Source: Synechococcus sp.
Lineage (GTDB): Bacteria; Cyanobacteriota; Cyanobacteriia; PCC-6307; Cyanobiaceae
DNA length: 64,000 nucleotides
NCBI GenBank assembly: GCA_047285805.1
Contig: JBJBCN010000002.1
Location: 1,024,001-1,088,000 of the forward strand
Direction: 5' to 3'
This document shows positions 1 to 11,296 of this stretch, piece after piece. The notes under the pieces are model-generated. The model did no database searches. It was not told the origin of the DNA and saw nothing but the letters and a program-made list of their open reading frames with translations. The translations under genes were made by a program, and so were the position numbers. Each line of letters begins with the position of its first letter. The first letter of the stretch is position 1.

Positions 1-1719
1 GCTGCGCTCTGCTCGGTGCTGAATAAGTTGTTCGACCTGGCGCCACCGGTCTTGATCGCCCTGGCGGTCAACGTGGTGGTGCAGCAGGACACCTCCTGGC
101 TGGCCAGCTGGGGGGTGACGTCGATCCCCGTGCAACTCGGGGTCCTGGCAGGACTCTCCTTTGTGATCTGGAGCGCGGAATCGCTGTTCGAATACCTCTA
201 TGCCCTGCTCTGGCGGAACCTGGCCCAGACGGTGCAGCACGAGCTCAGGTTGGAGGCCTACGCCCATCTCCAACGCTTGGAGATGGGCTTTTTCGAATCC
301 AGCTCCAGTGGCCGCCTGCTGGCGATCCTGAATGACGACATTAACCAGCTCGAGAGATTCCTCGATCATGGCGCCAACGAGGTTCTGCAGCTGATCACAA
401 CCGTCCTGGCGGTCGGCGGTGCCATGGTCTGGCTCTCACCGGCGGTGGCTGGGGTTTCGTTTTTGCCCATTCCCTTGATCCTGTGGGGCTCACTGCACTT
501 TCAGAAGCGGCTACAACCGCGCTACCGCGAGGTGCGGGAGCGATCCGGCGATCTGGCCAGCCGCCTCGCCAACAACCTGGGCGGGATGCTGACGATCAAG
601 AGCTACGCGGCGGAGCAGTGGGAGAGCGAACGTCTGTGCGAGCAGAGCCGTGCGTACCAAACGAGTAATAGCAAGGCGATTCGCCTCTCGGCGGCCTTCA
701 TCCCGTTGATTCGTTTCGCGATCCTATTTGCCTTCCTGGCGATCTTGGTGATTGGCGGCCTGCAGGCCTGGCGCGGCGCGATCGACGTCGGCACCTATTC
801 CTTCTTGGTCTTCATCACCCAACGGCTGCTCTGGCCGCTGACCAGCCTGGGGCGCACTCTGGATGACTACCAGCGGGCTATGGCCTCCACCCAGCGGGTT
901 CTGGATCTGGTCGACACCCAGATCGCGATCCCCAGCGGCGATCGCCCCCTGCCACGCCAGAGCGTGCGGGGTCAGATCCGCTTTGAGGGAGTGAGCTTTG
1001 GCTACAGCGGGCGAGACCTGCTGCTGCGGAACTTTGATCTGGAGATCCCCGCCGGCAGCACCCTGGGGATCGTTGGCGCCACGGGTTCCGGCAAGAGCAC
1101 GATCGTCAAATTGCTGCTGCGCCTCTACGAGCTGCAGAGCGGCACGATCCGCCTCGATGGTCAACCGATCCAGGCGTTGGAACTGGGGGACCTGCGCAAA
1201 GCCATCGGCCTAGTCAGCCAGGAGGTCTTCCTCTTCCACGGGAGCGTGGCCGAGAACATTGCCTACGGCAGCTTTGAGGCCTCACGCTCCGCGATCGAGC
1301 GGGCGGCACAGCTGGCGGAGGCCTCCAGCTTCATTGAGGCCCTGCCCCAGGGGTATTCCACCGTAGTGGGTGAGCGTGGCCAACGGCTCTCCGGGGGGCA
1401 GCGCCAACGCATTGCCCTGGCTCGGGCGATCCTCAAAAACCCTCCCGTGCTGATCTTGGATGAGGCCACTGCGGCGGTGGACAACGAAACAGAGGCCGCC
1501 ATCCAGCGCTCCCTGGATCACATCACCGCCGAGCGCACGACCCTAGTCATCGCCCACCGCCTCTCCACCGTTCGCCATGCCGATCGGATCGTGGTCATGG
1601 ACCAGGGACGGATCGTCGAGAGCGGTAGCCACGAGGAGCTGATCGCGGCCGGCGGGGCTTACGTCAATCTCTGGCGCGTTCAGGCGGGACTGCGCCAGGA
1701 CGAGGCCCTAGCCCTCTAA
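1..1719 (+). CDS. ABC exporter, fused permease + ATPase (MsbA/MdlB-like); 5' end lies outside the window
   Basis: Frame open from base 1; N-terminal TM helices; Walker A GATGSGKST, signature LSGGQRQR, Walker B LILDEAT, IAHRLST. Confidence 0.93.
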   Translation, partial: AALCSVLNKLFDLAPPVLIALAVNVVVQQDTSWLASWGVTSIPVQLGVLAGLSFVIWSAESLFEYLYALLWRNLAQTVQHELRLEAYAHLQRLEMGFFESSSSGRLLAILNDDINQLERFLDHGANEVLQLITTVLAVGGAMVWLSPAVAGVSFLPIPLILWGSLHFQKRLQPRYREVRERSGDLASRLANNLGGMLTIKSYAAEQWESERLCEQSRAYQTSNSKAIRLSAAFIPLIRFAILFAFLAILVIGGLQAWRGAIDVGTYSFLVFITQRLLWPLTSLGRTLDDYQRAMASTQRVLDLVDTQIAIPSGDRPLPRQSVRGQIRFEGVSFGYSGRDLLLRNFDLEIPAGSTLGIVGATGSGKSTIVKLLLRLYELQSGTIRLDGQPIQALELGDLRKAIGLVSQEVFLFHGSVAENIAYGSFEASRSAIERAAQLAEASSFIEALPQGYSTVVGERGQRLSGGQRQRIALARAILKNPPVLILDEATAAVDNETEAAIQRSLDHITAERTTLVIAHRLSTVRHADRIVVMDQGRIVESGSHEELIAAGGAYVNLWRVQAGLRQDEALAL

Positions 1720-1785
1720 CCAGCCTAAGAAGTGGCACCAAAGCAAAGGGCACCACAAGATGGGCGGAAGAAAAAGAAATAAATT

Positions 1786-2727
1786 ATGAGAATGAAGAGT
1801 CCCAGCCTGAAAACAGTCCCAGCCAGCACGATGCCCGGCCGCCGCGACGAACGCGGCGCGATGCTTGCCGCTATTGGCTTTGGGCTGGGTGGTGGACTTC
1901 TTCTGGCCTCGCCTGTGGCGGACTACCTCAGTAGCCCCCAGGTGAGCGAGCGCCATCAGCTCGTTAATCCCTTCAGCAGCTGGAACAGCCTGAGCGAAGC
2001 CGATGTGGTGATCCTCGGGACCGACGTCGGCGGCGGCAACACCGACGTGATCTACACGATGCGTGTGCAGAACGGGGAAACCAAGCTGCTGCAGGTGCCC
2101 CGCGACACCTACATTAAGTCAAGCAGCTTTGGCCCGGTGAAGGCCAATGCCCTCTACGCCTATGGCGGCCCCGAGGCGGTCAAGGCGGAGCTTTCCAAAC
2201 ACCTGGGCCGCCCCGTGCGGCACCACATCCTGGTGAACCTGGCCGTGATTAGGCGCCTCGGAGATGCCCTGGGTGGACTCGAGGTGAACGTGCCCAAGCG
2301 CATGTGGTATCACGACAACACCCAAGGCCTGCAAATCGATCTGCAGCCCGGCCGACAGGTCCTCAAGGGCAGAGACCTCGAAGGCTTCCTGCGCTTCCGC
2401 CACGACGAGATGGGTGACATCGGTCGCCTTGATCGCCAACGGCTGGTGCTGAAGGCCCTCTTCAAACAGATCACCCGTCCGGAGAGCCTGGTGCGGCTTC
2501 CCGCGCTCCTGGCCGTGGCCGGCAGGGACTTGCGCACGGACCTCGGCCCAATGGAGATCGGCGGCCTGATCAGCGCGATGGGCAGCACCGACCTCAACGC
2601 CGAACGCCTCGGGGGCCGGCCCTTCATGCACGAGGGCATCAGCTACTGGAAGGCCGAGTGGCCGGAAGCCACCGCAGTTGGCGCAGCAGCTTCCGGCAGC
2701 ACCGAGCGGTTCAAGTTTCTCTTCTAG
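1786..2727 (+). CDS. LCP (LytR-CpsA-Psr) family protein
   Basis: One N-terminal TM; motifs VILGTD..NTDVI, QVPRDTY, FLRFRHD..GDIGR..RQ; exact start uncertain. Confidence 0.9.
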   Translation: MRMKSPSLKTVPASTMPGRRDERGAMLAAIGFGLGGGLLLASPVADYLSSPQVSERHQLVNPFSSWNSLSEADVVILGTDVGGGNTDVIYTMRVQNGETKLLQVPRDTYIKSSSFGPVKANALYAYGGPEAVKAELSKHLGRPVRHHILVNLAVIRRLGDALGGLEVNVPKRMWYHDNTQGLQIDLQPGRQVLKGRDLEGFLRFRHDEMGDIGRLDRQRLVLKALFKQITRPESLVRLPALLAVAGRDLRTDLGPMEIGGLISAMGSTDLNAERLGGRPFMHEGISYWKAEWPEATAVGAAASGSTERFKFLF

Positions 2728-2942
2728 GGCTCCTCAAGCGTGCCGGAGCGGTAAGCCCCAGGAACGGCAACCAGAAACAGTCCCCACCAGGCCAACACGG
2801 CCACTGCCACCGGTGCGCTGATCCACCAGCGGTGCAGCAGAAACCAGCTGGCAGTAATCACAAGAGCACCGGTCAAAAGGATGGACCAGGGCTGACACCA
2901 CCAGGGTTTCAGGCTCCAGAAGGCGGGTTGGCTCTCAGGCAT
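2724..2942 (-). CDS. small two-TM cyanobacterial membrane protein (DUF6737-like)
   Basis: FWSLKPWWCQPWSILLTG motif recognised from a conserved cyanobacterial family. Confidence 0.75.
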   Translation of the reverse strand: MPESQPAFWSLKPWWCQPWSILLTGALVITASWFLLHRWWISAPVAVAVLAWWGLFLVAVPGAYRSGTLEEP

Positions 2943-3009
2943 TAATCAAGTGCGAGCTCATCACAGGAGTTCTCCATAAGATCCCAGCAGAACCACGCCG
3001 CCGCGGCCT

Positions 3010-3195
3010 GTGGACGCCCTGCCAGTGCGCAACAGCCTGAAGGTGTTCATCACGGCGGCGATTGGGCTGTGGTTTAAGCGCATCGATTTTGTTTGGTATC
3101 CACTTGTCGCGGTTGTAGTTTTTGTCTATGACAACGATGACCTCACGTTCAAAGCCGCCACCGCTCGAGTCATGGGAACGGTGGTGTGCGGCCTC
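3010..3195 (+). pseudogene. N-terminal remnant of a FUSC/aromatic acid exporter family membrane protein
   Basis: VRNSLKVFITAAI...WYPLVAVVVFV...TFKAATARVMGTVVCGL resembles a FUSC N-terminus, then breaks off after about 62 codons. Confidence 0.6.
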
Positions 3196-4178
3196 ACTCG
3201 ATGAAGTGCAGGGGACCCCGGCACCTACTGGCCGAGAATCAGCGCGGTAGCGGGCGGAAGCACCGAACAGCTCAGCTCCATCAACACGGCCTTCGTTGGC
3301 AACGGCAACCTGAAGCTGAGTTCTCTGTTTCAACCGGGGGGGCCTATCTCAACCAATCCAGCACCGTTGGGGCGGCCGGCCTGCAGCTGGATTATGCCCT
3401 CTTGGACTTCGCCCGCACCCCCAGGGTGCAGGAGGCCCTGGCGGTCCTGGAGCGGGAGCGCCAGGTCTATGGCAACCAGCTACGGCTCCTGCAGCTGAGC
3501 ATCAGCAAGGACTACTACCAGCTGCAGCAGGCCGATCAGAACGTGAGCATCCAGGACGCTGCGGTGCCAAGATGCCCTGCTGATCCTGCAGGACTCCCTC
3601 GACCTGAAATTGGCGGGCCTCGTGCCCCGCGTGGACGTCCTGCGCCGCCGCTCCATTGAGCCCAGTGACCAAGAGGCCCTGATCCAGGCCATCGCCGATC
3701 GGGCCATCGCGAGGCTGCGGTTGGCCCTGGAGCTGAACCTGCCGACCACGGTCACGCCCAGCGCCAGCGACCCGATCTCGGTGATGCCCCAGTGGCCGTT
3801 GAACCTCGAGCAGAGCCTTGCTGGCCGCCTACCGCGGCCCAACTGCTCCCGCGCCTCGCCCTGTTTGCCGGGGGCAGCAGCCACGGCCAGAACGTCAACC
3901 AGTTCAACATCACCACGAGCAGCGGGGGCTGTTGCGGCTCCACCGTCATCCCCACCTAAACACCGGTTGGTACGACTGGTCCTTCGGCCTGAGAGTCCGC
4001 TGGTTGCTCTTTGACGCCAGGCACCACGAGCGGCGAGACCCGGGCCCTACAACCGCGCGTGGAGGCGGCCGGACAGAACTACGCCGCCCGCCGCAATGCG
4101 ATTCGGCTGCGGCTGGAGGCGGCCTTCTTCAACCACGAGGCCAGCCTGGCCAAGTTGGCCTCAGCCCGGAGCGCCTGA
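3196..4178 (+). pseudogene. TolC-family outer-membrane efflux protein, frameshifted and truncated
   Basis: TolC-like blocks in alternating frames: GTYWPRIS, GLQLDYALLDFAR..DYYQLQQA, AGLVPRVDVLR..LALELNLP, DWSFGLRVRWLLFD, NAIRLRLEAAFFN; no start or signal peptide. Confidence 0.8.
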
Positions 4179-4474
4179 TCGCAAGCCTTGTGCAGCCGCT
4201 GAACGCCACCGTCGGGGTCAGAATCACATACGGCTAGCTGCGGCGCGAACTGCTGCCGGTGCCGCGGGATCCCTCCGCTCCGCTTACCCCGAAACTCACT
4301 TAGAGAGCGGCCACTCCTGCTCCCAGCGACTAGCCCGTCGGTCGAGTGTTTGCAAGCTCCTTGCCTAATTCCGGATTGCAAATATCGGTCGAGGCGGAAT
4401 TGACCTGCTTCTTTGTCAGCTGCTGGTTCCCTCAGCCCGTTTGCCCATAGGCTTGCGCGAGGTTTTCTGAGCGC

Positions 4475-5887
4475 ATGATCCGCACCATTTGCTGCATTGG
4501 CGCCGGCTACGTGGGTGGCCCGACCATGGCGGTAATCGCGGATCGCTGTCCTGATATCAAGGTCACGGTGGTGGACCTCAACCAGGCGCGCATTGATGCC
4601 TGGAACGACCCGGATCTCTGCAAGCTGCCGGTGTACGAGCCGGGGCTTGATGCCGTCGTTGGTCGTTGCCGTGGACGCAACCTCCACTTCACAACGGCCG
4701 TCGACGCTGCGATTGCGGCGGCAGACATGGTCTTCTTGTCGGTAAACACCCCTACCAAGACGAAGGGCGTTGGCGCCGGTCAAGCGAGTGACCTGCGCTG
4801 GATTGAAGCCTCCGCTCGTCAAGTGGCGGCCTGCGCGCAGGGGCACACGATCGTGGTCGAGAAGAGCACCCTGCCGGTGCGCACGGCCGAGACCGTGAAG
4901 GCCATCCTCAATGCAGCCCAAGGGGAGGTTGCGGGAGCCGGTGCACCCAAAACCTTCTCGGTGCTGTCCAACCCTGAGTTCTTGGCTGAGGGCACGGCGA
5001 TCCCCGATTTGGAAGCCCCTGATCGCGTCTTGATTGGCGGGGAAGACCCCGCCTCGATTGATGCGCTAGCCAGCGTCTATGGCCATTGGGTGCCTCAGGA
5101 GCAGATCCTGCGCACCAACCTCTGGAGCTCTGAGCTCTCCAAACTCACCGCCAACGCGTTCTTGGCGCAGCGCATCAGCTCGATCAACTCGATTGCCGCC
5201 CTCTGTGAGGCCACCGGCGCTGACGTCAATGAGGTTGCCCATGCCATTGGCGCTGATAGCCGCATCGGCGCCAAGTTCCTCAAGGCAGGCCCTGGTTTTG
5301 GTGGCAGCTGCTTCCAGAAGGACATCCTCAATCTGGTGTACCTCTGCGGTCACTACGGCCTCCACGACGTCGCGGCCTACTGGCAGAGCGTGGTGGAGCT
5401 CAACAGCTGGCAGCAGCACCGCATCGCTCAGCTGGTGGTGCAGAAGTTGTTCGGCACCGTGACCGGTAAGCGCATCGCCGTGCTTGGTTTTGCCTTCAAA
5501 GCGGACACCAACGACACCCGTGAAGCACCTGCGATTCGCATCTGTCAGGACCTGCTGGAGGAGGGTGCCCAACTAGCCATCTACGACCCCAAGGTCCCCG
5601 AAACCCAGATTGCGTCTGACCTTGGTTGCCAGCCAATTAGCTCCTCCATGGGCAGCCCCCTCAGCGGAGATGGCGTGTGGCATCGCGTGACCTCGCCCGC
5701 AGAGGCCGTTGCTCAGGCCGACGCGATCCTGATCCTCACGGAGTGGACGAGTTTCGCGGAGCTCAACTGGCAGGACTTAGCAGGGCGGATGCGCAAGCCG
5801 GCTTGGCTGTTTGATGCTCGCTCCATTGCTGATCTTGCGGCTGCCCAAGCAGCTGGACTGCAAGTTTGGCGCGTCGGTTGCGGCTGA
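4475..5887 (+). CDS. ugd: UDP-glucose 6-dehydrogenase
   Basis: [37 protein letters not shown] (catalytic Cys), [13 protein letters not shown]. Confidence 0.96.
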   Translation: MIRTICCIGAGYVGGPTMAVIADRCPDIKVTVVDLNQARIDAWNDPDLCKLPVYEPGLDAVVGRCRGRNLHFTTAVDAAIAAADMVFLSVNTPTKTKGVGAGQASDLRWIEASARQVAACAQGHTIVVEKSTLPVRTAETVKAILNAAQGEVAGAGAPKTFSVLSNPEFLAEGTAIPDLEAPDRVLIGGEDPASIDALASVYGHWVPQEQILRTNLWSSELSKLTANAFLAQRISSINSIAALCEATGADVNEVAHAIGADSRIGAKFLKAGPGFGGSCFQKDILNLVYLCGHYGLHDVAAYWQSVVELNSWQQHRIAQLVVQKLFGTVTGKRIAVLGFAFKADTNDTREAPAIRICQDLLEEGAQLAIYDPKVPETQIASDLGCQPISSSMGSPLSGDGVWHRVTSPAEAVAQADAILILTEWTSFAELNWQDLAGRMRKPAWLFDARSIADLAAAQAAGLQVWRVGCG

Positions 5888-5912
5888 ACGAGCGCGCACT
5901 AAGGCTTGGGGT

Positions 5913-6935
5913 TTATCGGAGACCAATCAACTCCCGATGCGCTTTGACCCAAGACGCAAAGTGCTCTAAGCCCTGATGCAACGGCGTGCTCGGTTGGAAG
6001 CTGACCCAGGCCTCCAGAGCTGAGGTGTCAGCGGCAGTGGCGATCACATCACCCGGTTGCATCGGTTGAAAGCTCTTGACCGCTTCAACGCCCAAAGCCT
6101 GCTCCAGCAGCTCAATGAAGCGCAGCAGAGGCGTCGGCTGGGAGTTGCCGATGTTGAACAGCCTGTGAGGCACTGCTGCAGTGGCGGGATTGGGATCGAG
6201 CGGATCGAATCCGGGATCAGCGGTGGCAGGTTTCTTCAGGCATCGGATCACACCTTCGACAATGTCATCGATGTAGGTGAAGTCCCGCTGCATCTGGCCC
6301 TGGTTGAAAACCTTGATGGGCTGCCCCGTGAGGATCGCCTTGGCGAACAGGATCGGAGCCATGTCCGGCCGGCCCCAGGGGCCGTAGACCGTGAAAAAGC
6401 GCAAGCCCGTGGCCGGCAGTCCATAGAGATGGCTGTAGGTATGGGCCATCAGCTCGTTGGCCTTTTTGGTTGCGGCATAGAGACTGACCGGGTGGTTGAC
6501 CGGGTGTTGCTCAGAAAAAGGCATCTGCCGGTTGCCGCCATACACCGAGCTGCTTGAGGCATAGACCAGATGCTGGACACCTTGGTGACGGCATCCTTCG
6601 AGAACATTGCCGAAGCCATCCAGGTTGCTCTGGATGTAGGCCGCCGGGTTTTCGATTGAGTAGCGGACCCCAGCCTGGGCGGCCAAATGAACCACGGCCT
6701 TTGGTTTCTGGGCTTCAAATAAATCAGCGATGGCTGCGCCGTTTCCCAGATCCAGTTGACGGAACGACCAGTTGCCACTGGCGGCCTCCAGACGCGCCAA
6801 GCGTGCTCGCTTCAGAGCCGGGTCGTAATAGGCGTTGAGGTTGTCGAGACCGATCACCCGCTCACCGCTCTCCAGCAGGCGCAGCGCCACAGCCGCCCCG
6901 ATGAATCCAGCTGCCCCGGTGACCAGCACCGTCAT
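5913..6935 (-). CDS. NAD-dependent epimerase, UDP-glucuronate 4-epimerase-like
   Basis: VTGAAGFIG, HLAAQAGVRYS, YASSSSVYG, YAATKKANE, RFFTVYGPWGRPDMA. Confidence 0.93.
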   Translation of the reverse strand: MTVLVTGAAGFIGAAVALRLLESGERVIGLDNLNAYYDPALKRARLARLEAASGNWSFRQLDLGNGAAIADLFEAQKPKAVVHLAAQAGVRYSIENPAAYIQSNLDGFGNVLEGCRHQGVQHLVYASSSSVYGGNRQMPFSEQHPVNHPVSLYAATKKANELMAHTYSHLYGLPATGLRFFTVYGPWGRPDMAPILFAKAILTGQPIKVFNQGQMQRDFTYIDDIVEGVIRCLKKPATADPGFDPLDPNPATAAVPHRLFNIGNSQPTPLLRFIELLEQALGVEAVKSFQPMQPGDVIATAADTSALEAWVSFQPSTPLHQGLEHFASWVKAHRELIGLR

Positions 6936-7081
6936 TGGCTCTCCACGCGGGGCTTGCGATCGATCATCTAACGGCGCCGCTTGAGTTCCCGCTGCCCGTG
7001 ATTAAAAGGAGGCAATGACGGAGATCCGTTAGGCCAGGGAGCTGTTCAAAGATCACTCAACTTCATCCTGAAGGGCTGGCC

Positions 7082-8101
7082 TCACCTGGAGGGCGGCCAT
7101 ACCTGAAACTGCTCCAGCTGCCGCTGGGCCGTCGCGCTGTCCGTCGCCAGGACATCCGCCAACAACGGTGCAAGCAGTGGGACCTGGGCAAAGCCACCGC
7201 TGAAACCACTGAAGCCAAATAAACCCGGGGCCTCCGGCAGCGGGCCGGCCCAGGGGATCCCGGTTATGGAGAACGCCACGGGCACCTGACGCCAGATCCC
7301 ATCGACCTCACCCAGGTCCTTCCCCAGGGGCGAGGCGCCGATGGCCTGCCACAACTCCTGCTCCATCCCCAGCGGGCGGGCTGGCAAAGCCAGCCCGGGG
7401 GCAAAGCGGCTGATCTGCCCCAGCAGCGCACCGGCGCCGCGTGGCACCAAACCGGCATCGACCACCGAGCACGGGGCCTTCAGCTCCCCACTACGCCGTT
7501 CAACCGCCGGGCGCTGGAACTGGGCCGGAAGCTGCAGGAGCGCTGTTGGGCAGTGAGGCAGCTCGAGAACCCCGGCCCAACTGCTGCGTAGAAGCTCCGG
7601 CCAGGCAGGCCAGAGGCTGCGGCAGGCCGCCCCGGCCGCCAGCACGAGTTGCTCGCTGCGCTGAACGCTCCCATCGCGGCAGGGCACCAGCCACTGGCCT
7701 TGATCCCGCTCGACCCGCAGCGCCTCTGTTATCAGCAGTCGCACGCCGGCTTGATGCAGCACCTCCGGCAAACGGGTGTGAAAGCGGGCAGTATCGACCT
7801 GCGCCGCGGGCAGGGGCACCAAGTGCGCCCAGGGTCTACCGCCATGGAGGGTGAGGCGTGCCTTGGCCCAACCCAGCGCGCCGTAACGCCCCTGTAGGCC
7901 AGACCAGAGCGATGAGGCCTTCGCGACTTGAAGCGCCAGAGCTGAGGTGCCCAGGGGCCAGCCGGGGATCACCCCATAACTCCACTGAGTGGCGGACGGC
8001 TGTTGGGCCTCGATCAAAGAGACCTCGACACCACGTTCCCGCAGGGCCAGGGCCAACAGACCGCCGGCTAGCCCACCACCAACGATCAACACCTCCTTCA
8101 A
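7082..8101 (-). CDS. FAD-dependent oxidoreductase (DAO/glycine oxidase-like)
   Basis: VLIVGGGLAG Rossmann motif, VLAAGA, C-terminal GFSGGFAQVP. Confidence 0.8.
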   Translation of the reverse strand: MKEVLIVGGGLAGGLLALALRERGVEVSLIEAQQPSATQWSYGVIPGWPLGTSALALQVAKASSLWSGLQGRYGALGWAKARLTLHGGRPWAHLVPLPAAQVDTARFHTRLPEVLHQAGVRLLITEALRVERDQGQWLVPCRDGSVQRSEQLVLAAGAACRSLWPAWPELLRSSWAGVLELPHCPTALLQLPAQFQRPAVERRSGELKAPCSVVDAGLVPRGAGALLGQISRFAPGLALPARPLGMEQELWQAIGASPLGKDLGEVDGIWRQVPVAFSITGIPWAGPLPEAPGLFGFSGFSGGFAQVPLLAPLLADVLATDSATAQRQLEQFQVWPPSR

Positions 8102-8112
8102 CGGAGCCGCGA

Positions 8113-8676
8113 TCAGATGCGCAGGGTGAAGGAGGTGATCACCTGATGGAACAGGCCCTGAACCTTGGGCCAGCGCAGTTCGTTGGTGCTAGCGGCAAAG
8201 GTGTAAAGGCGGCCGCGATCCACGACAACAGTCGCAAGCTCATGGCGATCGCGATCGGGCAGATGGACGGCATACTCCAAGTCATAAAAGGTGCGACCGC
8301 CGTCTTCCCGCTCGCGAGCCTCCACCAGTTCCGCCTCACGGCCGCTGCCATCCGGGGCAATGACGACGCGGCGGAGCTTCTCGCCGACAGCCACGGCACT
8401 GCCGAGGTTCTCCAGGTCGTTGGTCTCGTTCACATCGGAGACCACCAGGCTCAAGGTCTCATCGGCGTTGATCAGGTCGTGGAAAACCACCTGGGGCCCT
8501 TCGGTGACCTGCACCCGGGTCCAGCCGGTGGGATAGAGGAAGGCGTAGCGCCCGTCGGGGCTCTGGAAGGAGTTCAGACCCGCCGCGGCCGCACTGCAGC
8601 TAACCAAGACCAAGACCAGCCCAAGGGCCAGGAGACAACGCACTCCTTGGGAGATCCAGCGGGTCAGCACGGCCAT
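8113..8676 (-). CDS. psbP: photosystem II lipoprotein PsbP (CyanoP)
   Basis: Lipobox [43 protein letters not shown] at 8676. Confidence 0.92.
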   Translation of the reverse strand: MAVLTRWISQGVRCLLALGLVLVLVSCSAAAAGLNSFQSPDGRYAFLYPTGWTRVQVTEGPQVVFHDLINADETLSLVVSDVNETNDLENLGSAVAVGEKLRRVVIAPDGSGREAELVEAREREDGGRTFYDLEYAVHLPDRDRHELATVVVDRGRLYTFAASTNELRWPKVQGLFHQVITSFTLRI

Positions 8677-8762
8677 TGATCGACGCTTTAGCGCGGCCAT
8701 TCTCACGCGCCGGCGCTTCGCTTGCGATGCCTCTTAGATTCTCGCTAGTTGCCCAACGGGAT

Positions 8763-9362
8763 CTGAGCGGCTTCACCAGACCCCTGGCACGGCTGATCGA
8801 TCAGTTCGAGCGGCTCCCCGGCATCGGGCCTCGCACAGCCCAGCGGCTGGCGCTGCACCTGTTGAACCAGCCCAGCGAACAGATCCAGGCCTTCGCGGAT
8901 GCCCTGCTAGCGGCCCGCAGCCAGGTGGGCCAATGCCAACGCTGCTTCCACCTCTCCGCTGATTCCCTCTGCGAGATCTGCCGCAACGAAACGCGGAACA
9001 CGGGAGTGATCTGTGTGGTCGCCGATTCCCGCGACCTGCTGGCCCTCGAGCGCACCCGTGAATTCAAAGGGAGCTACCACGTCCTAGGCGGGCTGATCTC
9101 GCCGATGGACGGGATCGGTCCGGAGCTCCTACACATACAGCCGCTCGTGGAACGGGTGGACCGCTATGGCATCAAGGAGGTCATCCTGGCCCTCACCCCC
9201 AGTGTCGAGGGGGACACCACCAGCCTCTATCTGGCCCGCCTGCTGAAACCCTTCACCCAGGTCAGCCGCATCGCCTACGGGCTGCCGGTGGGCAGCGAAC
9301 TGGAGTACGCCGATGAGGTGACCCTGGCGCGGGCCCTAGAGGGCCGGCGGCGGATGGAGTGA
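8763..9362 (+). CDS. recR: recombination mediator RecR
   Basis: [13 protein letters not shown]hH, CQRC..CEIC Zn finger, [10 protein letters not shown], Toprim VEGDTT, YADEVTL; conserved part starts at CTG 8763, alternative ATG 8727. Confidence 0.95.
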   Translation: MSGFTRPLARLIDQFERLPGIGPRTAQRLALHLLNQPSEQIQAFADALLAARSQVGQCQRCFHLSADSLCEICRNETRNTGVICVVADSRDLLALERTREFKGSYHVLGGLISPMDGIGPELLHIQPLVERVDRYGIKEVILALTPSVEGDTTSLYLARLLKPFTQVSRIAYGLPVGSELEYADEVTLARALEGRRRME

Positions 9363-9366
9363 CCTC

Positions 9367-10272
9367 ATGAGCCGCTACAGCCAGGTCCCACCGAAAGAAC
9401 GGCTGCCGGAATGGATCCGCACGCCGATCGGCAATGCCACCGAACTGGAGTCGGTGCAGGCCGTGGTGAAGCAGCAGCGGCTGCACACCATCTGCGAGGA
9501 AGGGCGCTGCCCAAACCGCGGGGAGTGCTACGCCTCCGGAACAGCCACGTTTTTGCTCGGGGGCTCAATCTGCACCCGCAGCTGCGCCTTCTGCCAGGTG
9601 GACAAGGGACTTGCCCCCGAGCCCTTAGATGACCAGGAGGCCGAGCGCGTCGCCGAGGCCGTCACCACCCTGGGTTTGCGCTACGTCGTGCTGACCTCGG
9701 TAGCACGGGATGATCAAGGCGACCACGGGGCCTCCCTCTTCACCCGGGCCATGGCCGCCATCCGGGCGCGGAATCCACTGATCGCCATTGAGGTGCTCAC
9801 CCCCGACTTCTGGGGGGGCTACCGCGACGAAGCCGAGTCGATCGACGCCCAACGGCAACGGCTGCAGACGGTGCTCGCAGCCCAGCCGGTCTGCTTTAAC
9901 CACAACCTTGAAACAGTGGAGCGCCTGCAGGGCGAGGTCCGCCGCGGTGCCACCTACCGCCGCTCCCTAGGACTGTTGGCCGCCGCACGCGAACTGGCGC
10001 CGGGGACCCCCACCAAAAGCGGGCTGATGCTCGGCCTCGGTGAAACCGCCGACGAGGTAGTCGCAGCCTTGCGCGATCTACGAGCCGTGGACTGCCAGCG
10101 GCTAACGATCGGCCAATACCTGAGACCCTCCTTGGTCCATATCCCCGTGGAGCGCTACTGGACTCCAGAGGAGTTCGACGAGCTGGGAGACATCGCCAAG
10201 GACTTGGGCTTCCAGGATGTCCGCTCTGGCCCTCTAGTACGCAGCAGCTATCACGCCGCAGATCCGACCTAA
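9367..10272 (+). CDS. lipA: lipoyl synthase
   Basis: [20 protein letters not shown] radical SAM motif, PLVRSSYHA. Confidence 0.96.
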   Translation: MSRYSQVPPKERLPEWIRTPIGNATELESVQAVVKQQRLHTICEEGRCPNRGECYASGTATFLLGGSICTRSCAFCQVDKGLAPEPLDDQEAERVAEAVTTLGLRYVVLTSVARDDQGDHGASLFTRAMAAIRARNPLIAIEVLTPDFWGGYRDEAESIDAQRQRLQTVLAAQPVCFNHNLETVERLQGEVRRGATYRRSLGLLAAARELAPGTPTKSGLMLGLGETADEVVAALRDLRAVDCQRLTIGQYLRPSLVHIPVERYWTPEEFDELGDIAKDLGFQDVRSGPLVRSSYHAADPT

Positions 10273-10640
10273 CTGCCGGGATGCCGATCCTCTTGGCGCA
10301 ATTCCAGGGCCAAGAAGAAGTTCAGGAGCGTCCTAATCAAGGCCACCGCACCCAGCTGAATCAGGGCACTGGGCTCGCGGCTGATCGTGGTCAAGACCAC
10401 ATCGGCTCCCAACTGAAACTCCAGCGCCAGGGCAACCCAGGAGCCAAAGGTGACCCGGGCCATCGTCACCGGACCCCGTTGAACCAGATGGGGAGGGATC
10501 TCCCGCAGCCGCAATTTGCGGGCGCCGCTCAGGACAGCCACCAAGCCGATCGCCACGGAAATCAGCGAGAGGAACTCCAGTAGCTGCCGAAGCGCTTGGG
10601 CGGAATGGCTGAGCAGTAGTTCCGTCCCATGGAGATCCAT
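10269..10640 (-). CDS. DUF1622 membrane protein
   Basis: [15 protein letters not shown] and [18 protein letters not shown]. Confidence 0.85.
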   Translation of the reverse strand: MDLHGTELLLSHSAQALRQLLEFLSLISVAIGLVAVLSGARKLRLREIPPHLVQRGPVTMARVTFGSWVALALEFQLGADVVLTTISREPSALIQLGAVALIRTLLNFFLALELRQEDRHPGS

Positions 10641-10651
10641 CGCCAGAGCCC

Positions 10652-11296
10652 TTAGCCGCTGCCCGCAGTGTGGCGCGCGCCAAAGGGCAACACAAGCAGC
10701 CCGGTATCCGGCTCGCCGTAGACCGCCACCGGGAATCCGTCGGCCAACAGCTCTGCGAAGAGCGCGCAGACCGCCGCATCAATCCAGTCGATGCTGCTCA
10801 ATCCACATCGCGAAACGCCAAAGCGCTCTATCAATGCTGAACGCTGCTCAAGCTTCAAGGCGGACTTCACCTCCAGCTGCGGGGAGAGCGCGATGGTGAC
10901 GCCGTGAGGAAAGCTCTCAAAACAACAGCGGCCCTCGAGGTCTTGTGTATCACGTGCAATCGTCAGCCCGTGACCTTGCAACGCCGAATACAGCGCTTCG
11001 CCGCGTAGCATCCAGCCATAGAAGTTGCTGCGGCTGGCCAGCGCCGCCTCCCGGGTGGGCGTCGCGAAGCAGTGCATACCGGCGGCCAAGAGCTGCCGCT
11101 CACAAAGGCGAGAGCGCTGCCCCGCTTGGGCCCAGCCGCAGGGGGCATCGATGGCGATACGGTCCGCCCGAAGACACCACTGCGCCAATGCCTCCTCATC
11201 GGAGGTGTTGAGCTGATCCACCACGCGGCGGCCCTCAAGCAAAACCGCGTGGAAGCCCTTGCGGGCGCCACCCACATCAATGCCAGCGACGATCAC
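10652..11296 (-). CDS. DUF429 family predicted nuclease (RNase H-like fold)
   Basis: GIDVGG, IAIDAP, R.CER, ESFPH, DWIDAAVCA acidic motifs. Confidence 0.8.
   Translation of the reverse strand: MIVAGIDVGGARKGFHAVLLEGRRVVDQLNTSDEEALAQWCLRADRIAIDAPCGWAQAGQRSRLCERQLLAAGMHCFATPTREAALASRSNFYGWMLRGEALYSALQGHGLTIARDTQDLEGRCCFESFPHGVTIALSPQLEVKSALKLEQRSALIERFGVSRCGLSSIDWIDAAVCALFAELLADGFPVAVYGEPDTGLLVLPFGARHTAGSG

Noticed and set aside
4179..4474. Riboswitch or known ncRNA upstream of ugd
   Set aside because: No motif I recognise and no convincing terminator or stem set; an Rfam/Infernal scan would be needed
7006..7032. AAGGAGG followed by a 5-codon ORF (MTEIR)
   Set aside because: The SD is only 2 nt from the ATG and the ORF is antisense to both neighbours; no other support
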